A stretch of 64,000 nucleotides of DNA, taken from a virus. The stretch covers positions 8,854-72,853 of the IMG/VR virus record IMGVR_UViG_3300038436_000248; one strand, written 5' to 3'. The stretch's first letter is position 1, and every line of letters starts with the position of its first letter. The translations under genes and the position numbers were made by a program. Below, piece by piece: positions 42,161-50,813 of the stretch. The notes below the pieces were generated by a model. The model made no database searches and was not told where the DNA came from. It saw nothing but the letters and a program-made list of their open reading frames with translations.

Positions 42161-42192
42161 ACCATTAGTCCGTTATTATATGTGTTTATATA

Positions 42193-42220
42193 AGCATAGC
42201 ACAAAAATCAAATTTGTCAA
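42193..42220 (-). promoter_or_regulatory. Promoter TTGACA-N16-TATGCT for the HTH/terminase operon
   Basis: Minus strand TTGACAAATTTGATTTTTGTGCTATGCT. Confidence 0.7.
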
Positions 42221-42263
42221 TCGTATATAGAAAGCAATTGTAGACTTTAGATGAGGCGTGTAA

Positions 42264-43850
42264 ATGACTGTATATCTACTTGGCGGAACAAAAGAAAAGA
42301 CCTTTCAGTCTAAATCAATAAGTGCCTTCCGGGGAGAGAACATGCTTTCAAAAAGTAGCCCCGCAGGGATGCACAAGTTTTATTTGTTTTGGGACCTGAT
42401 GGATACTGTTGAGGCTCATGGCTATCTACGGGCCTCAATGAGCATCATTGGTCGTTCAACCATTGGCACCTGGTGGAAGCTTGTAGAAAATCAGGAGGCC
42501 CTATCTGCGGCGACAGCTCGCAAAAAGAATCGCCTCTATCGGTTCTATAACTTTGAGGGGCGCTCCTGGGATAATATCAAGGACTTCCAAACACTCGCTC
42601 ACAAGTTCCTTCTTGCAGCGATGTACCTGCGCTACTTTGGGCAGGCAGCTTTTTACATTGTCAGAAACAAGGAAGGGGCAGCCATTGGCCTTGATACTCT
42701 TTATGGGTTTATCCAGCCCAACGTAGACTCTGAGGGATATTTCAAATCCCCTGCTTTTTACCAATACCCAACCCGCAATCCATCGGACAGAGTCGCCTTT
42801 GAAGATCCAAGGGATATTGTTTTTATTACAAATCCTGACTGGAATGGATACCCATCCGGCGGCACAGACATAGAATCCTTGTCTCAATTTGCCCTCCCAA
42901 CGGACATTTATTTACAAACAATCGCAAGGGAGTACTTGAAGAACAGAGATCGCCCTGAGCATTTATACATCCTCCCAAGTGATATTAGTGACGAGGCGTT
43001 CAATGACTTTTCAAACATGATCGCCACACGATACGCTGGCCCAAAGAATGTCGGGAAAGCTCCCATAGTTGTTCAAGGGGATCTCGAGGTAAAAGAGCTT
43101 TCTAAAATGCCTGCTGATCTTCCATACCAGGAGGCAAGAACTGCCGCACGGGAAGAGGTTTTGTCCGTTAGCGGTGTAAGCGGGGCTAAGCTTGGATTGA
43201 CAAATTCTCTTTCCTCAGCAAACTTTCGGGAAGCCCGTAGGGAATTTCACGAAACAGAGATGCTGCCTTTGTTTACGCTTATCGAACAAGGTTTCAATGA
43301 GCAGATCCATCTTCGAGAGTTCGGCATCAAGGGGTGGTTATTCAAATTCAATAACCCCGACTTCTTGACCGCTGTAGAAAAAGCCACTGTCCACATGCGC
43401 TACCACAATATGGGTGTTCTGAACCCGAATGAGATTCGGCTTGAATTAGGTCGGCGTCCAAGGGAGGACGAACAAGGGAATGCGTATATTGACCCTGTCC
43501 CGAACGATTCATTACCTGACGGGGAACAAGGCAGTCCTCCGGAAGGGCGGGAGGATAATCCAGATTCTCCCTCTCACGTAGGCGAGCCAACCCTGGACGA
43601 CCAGGATCCTCCACGAGGTGACCAGCATGACGAAGAGGGTCTTCTTTTGGCCTTACGAGATTGGGAGCAGTACTCCGTCAGCCGTATTCGTAGGGGGAAG
43701 GGCTTCCGCAAATTCTATGCAGAAGAAATACCAGCTTGTTTATCAGATGCCATCCAAGCCCAGCTTGAAAAGGCGGGCACAATACAAGAGGTTCGGAATA
43801 TCTTTTCAGAGGTCCGAAACCTAATTGAGGAAGAGGAAATCAATGCCTAA
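42264..43850 (+). CDS. Portal protein
   Basis: YFGQAAFYI, GPKNVGKAPIVV, VLSVSGVSGAKLG, E.F.E...PL...IE..FN, GVLNPNEIRLELG. Confidence 0.9.
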   Translation: MTVYLLGGTKEKTFQSKSISAFRGENMLSKSSPAGMHKFYLFWDLMDTVEAHGYLRASMSIIGRSTIGTWWKLVENQEALSAATARKKNRLYRFYNFEGRSWDNIKDFQTLAHKFLLAAMYLRYFGQAAFYIVRNKEGAAIGLDTLYGFIQPNVDSEGYFKSPAFYQYPTRNPSDRVAFEDPRDIVFITNPDWNGYPSGGTDIESLSQFALPTDIYLQTIAREYLKNRDRPEHLYILPSDISDEAFNDFSNMIATRYAGPKNVGKAPIVVQGDLEVKELSKMPADLPYQEARTAAREEVLSVSGVSGAKLGLTNSLSSANFREARREFHETEMLPLFTLIEQGFNEQIHLREFGIKGWLFKFNNPDFLTAVEKATVHMRYHNMGVLNPNEIRLELGRRPREDEQGNAYIDPVPNDSLPDGEQGSPPEGREDNPDSPSHVGEPTLDDQDPPRGDQHDEEGLLLALRDWEQYSVSRIRRGKGFRKFYAEEIPACLSDAIQAQLEKAGTIQEVRNIFSEVRNLIEEEEINA

Positions 43851-44133
43851 TGATCATAGTAGTAATGTTTGGGTTTGCGTAAAATGCTCCGCTCCGCTCG
43901 GAACCGTTTTTGGGGGGGAATTTATTCCTTCTGATGTTCCATCGAAAAACATTCGCACAAGTGGCCCTAATTTGCTTGTGACCTGTCCCAAATGCGGGGC
44001 ACAGAAAACCTGGTACACCGCAGATCAAACTGTTCGTGCGGTTTACCAATTGATAGAGGTCATTTCGTCCGCCATTGTAACCAGGGCTGTTCGCCAAGCG
44101 AGTGAAAAGACCCTGCCAACAAAGGGAGAGTAG
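43843..44133 (+). CDS. Zinc-ribbon protein
   Basis: CVKCSAPLG...TCPKCGA. Confidence 0.7.
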   Translation: MPNDHSSNVWVCVKCSAPLGTVFGGEFIPSDVPSKNIRTSGPNLLVTCPKCGAQKTWYTADQTVRAVYQLIEVISSAIVTRAVRQASEKTLPTKGE

Positions 44134-44175
44134 ACAAATTTTCCCTTATTCCGATTGGAGTAAATAGGACTAATT

Positions 44176-44439
44176 ATGAAAGATACTATTGTTCAGGTAA
44201 CCGGATTCACCGCCCCATTCCGAGGCTCTCCTGCAGAGATGTTTCTCAGCGAAGAGGATGCTGCTGTTCTGCACGAGCGATGGAATGACAGTGCTTGGAG
44301 TGAGCGTCTCGATTGCGGTGGTGGGGAATACTCAATTTCTTGTGAACAGATATTAGAGGTTCCTCTTCAGGACTTCGCCAGAGTTTATGGCAAGACCCTG
44401 TCGAGCAGAATCCTGTCCGCTGTCAGGGGGGGCATTTAG
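44176..44439 (+). CDS. Hypothetical protein
   Basis: 87 aa; AGGA RBS. Confidence 0.65.
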   Translation: MKDTIVQVTGFTAPFRGSPAEMFLSEEDAAVLHERWNDSAWSERLDCGGGEYSISCEQILEVPLQDFARVYGKTLSSRILSAVRGGI

Positions 44440-44440
44440 C

Positions 44441-45658
44441 ATGAAGCACATCGACAAGACTGCCCAGACTGTTGCAAGGAAAGTCATTGGTGTCCGTCTC
44501 TACAAGACCCTTGAAAAGCAGGATGATGGTTCTATTCTCATCCGAGGGAAGTTTACCTCTGACAACAAAGATGAGATCGGGGACATTATCACTCGTAGTG
44601 CTACGGAGGCAGCCATCCCCTCCTATCGGGCATGGGGAAACATCCGTTATATGCATCTCCCCCGCCCCGTTGGAAAAGTTACCCGGATCGGCACTGAGGA
44701 TGGCCTTGAATGGAACGAAGTAGAAATTCGAGTCATTGATCCACAGGCAGTATTTGAAGTTGAGAACGGACTGCTGACGGCTCTGTCCGTGGGTATCATT
44801 ATCAATTTTGAAGACATTGAACTTTCCCCTGATGAAGACGGGGGCTGGATTATCCATAATTACAAATTGGCAGAAATTTCTCTTGTTGATCATCCGGCGA
44901 ACTATGACGCAAAGCTTGATTTAGGCGCTATGCCAGACGCATTTCGCACATTGGCCCGAGAAAAAGGACTTCTGAAGGCCCTTGGTGAATATCAGAATTT
45001 AGGAGACCCCATGACACGTACAAAGAAAGACCTTACTCCCCAGGTTGAGGATACTGCTGAAGTTTCTGCAATGGCGCCTGAAGCCATCCTGGACGAAGAA
45101 GTGGTCGATAAGGCCATTGAGGCCCAGGAAGTTCCTGATGCCCCCGCAGAAGAAGTTGTCCCTGCAGAAGCTGAGAAAACCCTGGCTGACGCAGATATGC
45201 CGGAGGCCGCAGAGGTTATCTCGGAAGACAAAGATCTCCCTGAGGAAGAAGTCACCTTCGCAGAAATCCCTGCACCTGAAAAAGTTTCTTCTCCCATTCC
45301 CGATGCAAGTGAAGTTTTTCTTGCCGCAGCGAGCTCCTTGGAGAAGGTAGTGGCATCCCTTGAGGTTCACTTGAAAGCTTTGGCCCCGATTGCGCAGGAA
45401 GTCCCAGCGGAGGCTCCGAGTACAGCGGAGCGGTCTGTGGAGACTGCGGATCCAGCCGACAGCATTCGTGCACTCCAGGAGAAAGTCGCTTCTCTGGAAG
45501 CCCAGCTTGCCGATTTGGAAAAACCTTCCGCTCGAAAGGGTGTAATTCAAGCTGAGGGCGTGGAAGACGAGACTGTTGATGGTGATGAGAAGGAAACTCC
45601 TCAAGCCTCCACCTTGAGGGATGCGGTTCGCAATTACATGCTTTCCCGCAGCCAGTAA
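44441..45658 (+). CDS. HK97-family prohead protease fused to an acidic scaffold
   Basis: DEIGDII, IRYMH..RPVG, ALSVG, LAEISLVDHPAN; E/A-rich coiled-coil C-terminus. Confidence 0.9.
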   Translation: MKHIDKTAQTVARKVIGVRLYKTLEKQDDGSILIRGKFTSDNKDEIGDIITRSATEAAIPSYRAWGNIRYMHLPRPVGKVTRIGTEDGLEWNEVEIRVIDPQAVFEVENGLLTALSVGIIINFEDIELSPDEDGGWIIHNYKLAEISLVDHPANYDAKLDLGAMPDAFRTLAREKGLLKALGEYQNLGDPMTRTKKDLTPQVEDTAEVSAMAPEAILDEEVVDKAIEAQEVPDAPAEEVVPAEAEKTLADADMPEAAEVISEDKDLPEEEVTFAEIPAPEKVSSPIPDASEVFLAAASSLEKVVASLEVHLKALAPIAQEVPAEAPSTAERSVETADPADSIRALQEKVASLEAQLADLEKPSARKGVIQAEGVEDETVDGDEKETPQASTLRDAVRNYMLSRSQ

Positions 45659-45705
45659 TCTGATTTTACGCTGTCCATATTTAGACAAATACAAGGAATT
45701 TGAAA

Positions 45706-47025
45706 ATGCCCAAACCTTTTGAACTTCGCAAAGCTTTGACCACCTCTTCGGAAAGCGGAGCAGCCTTGCTGCCCTGCGATCTGGAGAACTTCTTGAACGA
45801 AGAGCTCCTGGAGCTGCAGCCCCTGGCCGTTCTCCTGGATGTTGTCCCCGCCAAGAGTCTCATGCACGAATACACCGTGCGCACCTCCCATCCGCAGGGT
45901 TGGTTTGAGGGTGAGACGACCCCTGCAAATCCTTTGAACTCCACCTACAAGCGGAAGTTCACCCAGCTCAAGATCCAGCGTATTTGGGGCTCCGTGCCAG
46001 GCTTCCAGCAGGCCTTGTCCGAGGAGTTCATTGACGCTTTGGAAGCAGAGCTCCGTGGCTCACTTGAGGGCATGTCAAATGTCCTGGAATACGGTTGTAT
46101 GTGGGGCGCAGCGGATGACCTGGGATTCACTGGCGATGCCTATCAGTACTCCGGCCTGTTCGCTCATTTGGCGGCCTACGCTGAGGAAAACATCATCAGC
46201 GCAGGTGGTGCCAAGATCAGCCTGGACGCCTTGGATGAGGTTGTGGCAACTGTCACTCGCTTCCGTGGCGTGGACAGCGACCTCAAGCTGTGGCTGATGG
46301 GCCTGCGCATGAAGCAGGTGCTGGATGGCTTGCAGACCAAGGTCTCCATCCCCCTGACCAACTCGGTGCTTGCAGACGGCAAGATCACCATGCGCAACTA
46401 TGCCGACATCCCGATCAATCCCACCGCCTACACTGTGCCCGCATCCGTGAGCACCTCCCCGGCTGATCTGGCTGGCACTGCTGCCGCAGGCGGTACTCTG
46501 GGCGCTGGCTCCTACACCTACCGGATCTCCTCGGTGACCGTGATGGGTGAACAGGAAGCCTCTGCCGCCACCAGCGCAGTAGTACTCGCTGACGCAAACA
46601 AGAAGGTCAACCTGGCCTGGAGCAAAGATCCGAACGCCAAGTTGTACTACATCTGGCGCCAGAAAGCCACTGCTGGCTGGCAGCTGATCGACATCGTCCC
46701 TGCCCTGACCTACTCCGCAGACGGCACGGTCAATGGCGCCATCGAGACCTATGTCGATGACGGCACCAAGACCCCCCGCAACATCAAGCCTCTGGAAGCA
46801 GGCGAGCAGAACATCTTCCTGGCGAACCGCCACAAGGATCGTGGCGTGCAGTTCCTGGGCAAGATGGACGACATGGGCGTCCCCATGGACAACCTGTTCT
46901 CCTACGTCGAGTTGGCCCGTGTCAAGGACACCTATGACTACATGCTCAAGGGATACCTGGGCTTCCGGGCGAAGTACCCGAATACTGCGGGTGCAATTCT
47001 CCGCAACGTGAAGCTGAAGGCGTAA
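45706..47025 (+). CDS. Major capsid protein (HK97 fold) with inserted Ig/FN3-like domain
   Basis: Position after the protease; SGAALLP..LE, strong codon bias, terminator after the stop; insert YTYRISSV...VNLAWS...YYIWRQ...YVDDG. Confidence 0.88.
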   Translation: MPKPFELRKALTTSSESGAALLPCDLENFLNEELLELQPLAVLLDVVPAKSLMHEYTVRTSHPQGWFEGETTPANPLNSTYKRKFTQLKIQRIWGSVPGFQQALSEEFIDALEAELRGSLEGMSNVLEYGCMWGAADDLGFTGDAYQYSGLFAHLAAYAEENIISAGGAKISLDALDEVVATVTRFRGVDSDLKLWLMGLRMKQVLDGLQTKVSIPLTNSVLADGKITMRNYADIPINPTAYTVPASVSTSPADLAGTAAAGGTLGAGSYTYRISSVTVMGEQEASAATSAVVLADANKKVNLAWSKDPNAKLYYIWRQKATAGWQLIDIVPALTYSADGTVNGAIETYVDDGTKTPRNIKPLEAGEQNIFLANRHKDRGVQFLGKMDDMGVPMDNLFSYVELARVKDTYDYMLKGYLGFRAKYPNTAGAILRNVKLKA

Positions 47026-47043
47026 GCCAAAAGCAGGTAAATC

Positions 47044-47070
47044 TGGGGAGGCGAGAGCCTCCCCATTTTT
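47044..47070 (+). terminator. Intrinsic terminator after the capsid gene
   Basis: TGGGGAGGC-GAGA-GCCTCCCCA-TTTTT. Confidence 0.9.
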
Positions 47071-47092
47071 ATTCACAACACACCCCACAAAT

Positions 47093-47110
47093 AGTTTTCA
47101 CGTGAAAACT
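47093..47110. promoter_or_regulatory. parS-like 18-bp perfect palindrome AGTTTTCACGTGAAAACT
   Basis: Intergenic, after the capsid terminator. Confidence 0.65.
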
Positions 47111-47177
47111 CCTATACAAAAAATTCCTCCACAGATTGTAGATATTAGAAGTCTACATTTAGACATTTGGAGATGTT

Positions 47178-47771
47178 ATGGCCTGGACATTATGTAAGAA
47201 AGAAGACGTCATTGCCCTCTCACCTTCCTCTGCTGCGAGCATCCCAGATTTTTTTAGTGACATCGTAGAGGGGTTGATCCGTGAGAGGCTTGGCGCACCT
47301 GGTATCGGGACGCACAGCCTTGTGGAACGAGAGCAGCATAGAGGGACTGGCACGAATATGCTTTTTGTGAACAGGCCTCCCATTATTGGTGTATCTGAAT
47401 TACGCATCCACAACAACCTAATTCCTCCTGATAGCTTCCTTGTAGGAAAACGAGCCCTGGAGTTGAAATATGGCATGTTCCCAGATGACTGCTATGACAT
47501 TTTTGTTTCCTATGAGTCCGGAACATTTATGCCTGAAGGTGAAGAAGACACTACGCTTTATGTTGAATCGTCCGTGCGCCTGGCAGCAGCCTCTATGATC
47601 GTTGCCTTACTGAACTATCGTGGCAAGGCAGGAGCAGACCAAAGCATCAAGTGGTCTAATGTGGATCAGAAAGAAGGGGAGGCGTCCCCGAATGTAAACA
47701 TCGGCCTAACGTCACACCTCACAAAGATCATGGATCGCATGCTGAAGAGAGAGACCATCAAGGTGCGGTAA
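47178..47771 (+). CDS. Head-tail adaptor/connector protein
   Basis: Position; ...EQHRG.G...LFVNRPPII.V..L...V.Y.SG...VRLAAASMI pattern. Confidence 0.7.
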   Translation: MAWTLCKKEDVIALSPSSAASIPDFFSDIVEGLIRERLGAPGIGTHSLVEREQHRGTGTNMLFVNRPPIIGVSELRIHNNLIPPDSFLVGKRALELKYGMFPDDCYDIFVSYESGTFMPEGEEDTTLYVESSVRLAAASMIVALLNYRGKAGADQSIKWSNVDQKEGEASPNVNIGLTSHLTKIMDRMLKRETIKVR

Positions 47772-48583
47772 TGCCAGAACCAATAGCCAATATTTACATC
47801 TCTTACAGCAGCAGGGAGATAAAAAGGTATCCTCGGGGTCAGGCAGTGCAGGTCAGGCTTGACAGGGTCGCAGAGGATTTCTCAAAAGAGGCCTCTTACT
47901 ATACCTTGAGGCTTTTTCAAACGTGGCTGGCCCCTAAAGGCAAATACAACGTGGGCTATAAAGGGCGGGCCGCCAAGGCTTTATATGTTTCCCAGATACC
48001 CATGGGTTCAAAAAAATCCTGGGCTGTCCTGGAAAAGCCTACCCCATCTGGTACCGCAATAAAAGAAGGTCGCATGGGCAACCCCAACAAGTGGTGGAAA
48101 AAGCCCAAGGAGCTGAACCCAAATCGTGGCAGGTATAAGGGGGGCAAGGTAAAGCGCACAAACACGTTCAATTACGGTCCAAACACATTTCTCGGGCGTA
48201 TCCAGGGATGGATTAGGGCACGGGGGCTCTCTCATTTCATCGCAGATGACGGAAAGAAGAAGAACTCCAAACGCATGCTGCGGGACGCAACCTTTCGTGT
48301 TGCTCGGGAGCTCGTAACCTACGGTGCATCAGGCGACTATTCCAAGAGAGGTTTGCCATTTACGAGCCGCAGAGGGCGGGGTGTGTTTGACTATCCCTCC
48401 TATTTTTCAAGCCATCTCAGCGCATATCATATGGACAAAATTTACAAAAATGGCCCCTACACTGAGCAGGTTGTGGACATTATGAACGATGCAGCGATAG
48501 ACCATCTGGACAGCTGGTTCAAAAATATACATCGAACAGGCTATTACAAGAAAGCTATCATGTCCTCATGGAGTACGAATTAG
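47771..48583 (+). CDS. Putative neck/tail completion protein (basic)
   Basis: Position between adaptor and tail terminator; K/R-rich. Confidence 0.5.
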   Translation: MPEPIANIYISYSSREIKRYPRGQAVQVRLDRVAEDFSKEASYYTLRLFQTWLAPKGKYNVGYKGRAAKALYVSQIPMGSKKSWAVLEKPTPSGTAIKEGRMGNPNKWWKKPKELNPNRGRYKGGKVKRTNTFNYGPNTFLGRIQGWIRARGLSHFIADDGKKKNSKRMLRDATFRVARELVTYGASGDYSKRGLPFTSRRGRGVFDYPSYFSSHLSAYHMDKIYKNGPYTEQVVDIMNDAAIDHLDSWFKNIHRTGYYKKAIMSSWSTN

Positions 48584-48592
48584 GAGTATACG

Positions 48593-49027
48593 GTGAGTTA
48601 CAGCGCTATCGAAGAAGAACTACGGAAGTGTTTTATAAATCATTTTCCAGAGCTATCAGAAGCCACCTGCAAGATCTCTGACCTGGATGGTGTATTTCTT
48701 AGCATGATGGAAAAGGATTTGCCGCTTGGTTGCATCCTTGATTTTGCCGGGGGCGGTAAGCAGCCAGTTCACCCTTTCAAAGATCCTATCTGGTCATGGG
48801 AAATAGGTGGGGTCTTTTACATCCGCTTTATGGGAGACCCTAAAAAAACAGACGACTTGTTGCGGGAGACTGTGGATGGCCTCCAGACTGTTTTGGATAA
48901 GGATCCCAGGCTCAACGGGACTTCTGCCCTGGCAACAATGATCGTCATAGAGCCCCCTGAGCCAGGGAAAATAAATGACATGCCTTTTTATTTTCTCCCG
49001 TTTCTTGTCAGGGCTTTAGATAAATAG
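48593..49027 (+). CDS. Putative tail terminator protein
   Basis: 144 aa; position upstream of the tail tube; DPRLNG motif. Confidence 0.55.
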   Translation: MSYSAIEEELRKCFINHFPELSEATCKISDLDGVFLSMMEKDLPLGCILDFAGGGKQPVHPFKDPIWSWEIGGVFYIRFMGDPKKTDDLLRETVDGLQTVLDKDPRLNGTSALATMIVIEPPEPGKINDMPFYFLPFLVRALDK

Positions 49028-49035
49028 GAGACAAC

Positions 49036-49431
49036 ATGGGTAAAAAAACTTATTTCCAAACGAAAGAAGATCCTCAAGAAGTCCTTCCTGATGCAGATGA
49101 AGTTCAGGGCGCTGCTATCGCAGAAAGCGATGGGGGATCCCAGGAAGAATTTGTTGAAGCCGAGTTTGTGATGACAAACCCTGTCGCAGAACAGTGGCTA
49201 AAAAACGCAGGCTTTCGGAAAGTCGAATCATTTTCATCCATCCGGTTTGCTGTTGAATCAGATGTGGCAGATTTTGAACGCATGGCCGCATTCCTGGCTG
49301 AAAAGGCCCTGCGAAAAGACGGCAGCCTTTTTGTTCCAGAAAGCAAAAGATCCTTGGGCGCATTCAACCGCATGGTGCGGGACAGGGATGCTGCTGGCTC
49401 CCTGGTGGTCTTGAAGAAGCCGAACAAATAA
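49036..49431 (+). CDS. Hypothetical protein
   Basis: 131 aa; AGGAG RBS. Confidence 0.7.
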   Translation: MGKKTYFQTKEDPQEVLPDADEVQGAAIAESDGGSQEEFVEAEFVMTNPVAEQWLKNAGFRKVESFSSIRFAVESDVADFERMAAFLAEKALRKDGSLFVPESKRSLGAFNRMVRDRDAAGSLVVLKKPNK

Positions 49432-49564
49432 GCAAAATGTATTCGTTTTGGTTTGTAGGTAGTGAGAGAGTTTGTATGTGAGAGAGTTCCACGTAAATTA
49501 TTGAGAATTTTTCGTCCGAGTGTGAAGGAGGGCGCTTTCTATGAAATAAAAGGAAGGTATATAA

Positions 49565-49984
49565 ATGGCTGCTATTGTAGGGATTGACGCCAAGATTGAG
49601 GTTTCCACTGACAATGGTGTGACTTGGGTAGAGATGCCCCAGCGCAATAATTTCCAAATCAACATTCAGGTGGACACCGCTGAGCACAAAACTTTCAAAG
49701 CATCACTTGCTGAGGCATGGAAGAACAGTGCTCGCACATGGATGAGCTGGTCAGGCTCAATGAGCGGTTATTACGACGATGCAGATACCACAATTTTTGA
49801 CAGCGTCGTTGAAGGTGCCGCAGTGAAATTACGGTTTTATACCAGTCGCAACTCCCCTGGGAAGCGCTGGGTGGGCACTGGAATTTTGACCAGCATCAAC
49901 CACACAACCAATACAGATGACTTCGCAAGTTTGGACGTGGACTTTTCAGGAAATGGTCCCCTGCTCCAAGAAGCCGTCGCCTAA
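49565..49984 (+). CDS. Major tail (tube) protein
   Basis: W...WSGSMSGYYD...G.GILTSI...SLDVDFSGNGPL pattern; terminator follows. Confidence 0.85.
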   Translation: MAAIVGIDAKIEVSTDNGVTWVEMPQRNNFQINIQVDTAEHKTFKASLAEAWKNSARTWMSWSGSMSGYYDDADTTIFDSVVEGAAVKLRFYTSRNSPGKRWVGTGILTSINHTTNTDDFASLDVDFSGNGPLLQEAVA

Positions 49985-50009
49985 TTATTGGTACCGCATT
50001 ATTGGTAAT

Positions 50010-50043
50010 CCGTCCCCTGCCTTGTCTGGGGACGGTTTATTTT
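50010..50043 (+). terminator. Intrinsic terminator after the tail tube gene
   Basis: CCGTCCCC...GGGGACGG-TTTATTTT. Confidence 0.8.
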
Positions 50044-50054
50044 AGGAGAGAAGA

Positions 50055-50462
50055 ATGGAAGAAAATAAAACTGTATTTACGGTTGGAGAAAAAGAGTACG
50101 ACGTTGTGAAGACGGGCATCGGCCAGGCGCAGCAGGTAGCAAATCTGAGCAACTGGTTATCCAAGCACGGATCCAGCGTAGCAAAGACCTTGTCTCTCGA
50201 GGGAGATAGCTTCTCCGCAGAAAATGTACTGGAAATCGCCACCGCATTACTTGGATCCCTGGACACGGAGAGCATGCTCAGCCTGTTCATCATCGTGTTT
50301 GGTTGTTCAAGAAAAGAAACAGAGGCATATTTCGACATTTCCCTGCTTTTGGAAGGTGCTGTTGCCCTGTTTGAGAATCAGCCCTCCTTCAAAAGGATCA
50401 TTGATCGTTTTTTCTCAGGGCACACCTCACAGCCTGCTATGGAAGAATCCTCCACGCAATAA
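50055..50462 (+). CDS. Tail assembly chaperone (G)
   Basis: Between tube and tape measure; ends ...IDRFFSG... with slippery T TTT TTC at 50408-50414. Confidence 0.8.
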   Translation: MEENKTVFTVGEKEYDVVKTGIGQAQQVANLSNWLSKHGSSVAKTLSLEGDSFSAENVLEIATALLGSLDTESMLSLFIIVFGCSRKETEAYFDISLLLEGAVALFENQPSFKRIIDRFFSGHTSQPAMEESSTQ

Positions 50463-50809
50463 GATCTGCCTATGGCTGGTCTGATGAGCAAATCCTGGAT
50501 GCTTACGAGTTGTTTGGTGAGCCCTGGCTTCAGCAGACATACAACTACATTCAGGAAGATAAGACCTACTTCTTTACATCTTTGCTGAATTTGATGCCTC
50601 TTGCAAGAACACCCTTATCAAGAGAATCTGGGAATGCATTAGGGAAGTGGAGAGATACATTAGAAAAATCATTTGCTGAGTTGACGCCCAACCACCGCAA
50701 GAGAAACGCTTTGCAAGGCAGAGTGAAGAGCGGAGAGGTTGTTGTGATTGCCGATGCGTTTGAACGTAAGCACCCCATGTTCACAGGAGTGGACATAACT
50801 GAGGGATGA
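50408..50809 (+). CDS. Tail assembly chaperone -1 frameshift extension (GT)
   Basis: The -1 frame opens right after a TGA at the heptamer and reads FFLRAHL...AIRSAYGWSDEQILD...; no separate RBS. Confidence 0.75.
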   Translation, partial: FFLRAHLTACYGRILHAIRSAYGWSDEQILDAYELFGEPWLQQTYNYIQEDKTYFFTSLLNLMPLARTPLSRESGNALGKWRDTLEKSFAELTPNHRKRNALQGRVKSGEVVVIADAFERKHPMFTGVDITEG

Positions 50810-50813
50810 TAAT

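Noticed and set aside
14535-43935. Extra CCAAAATGTGG-like matches to the GTCCACATTTGGAC motif
   Set aside because: Explained by Cys-Pro-Lys-Cys codons of zinc ribbons
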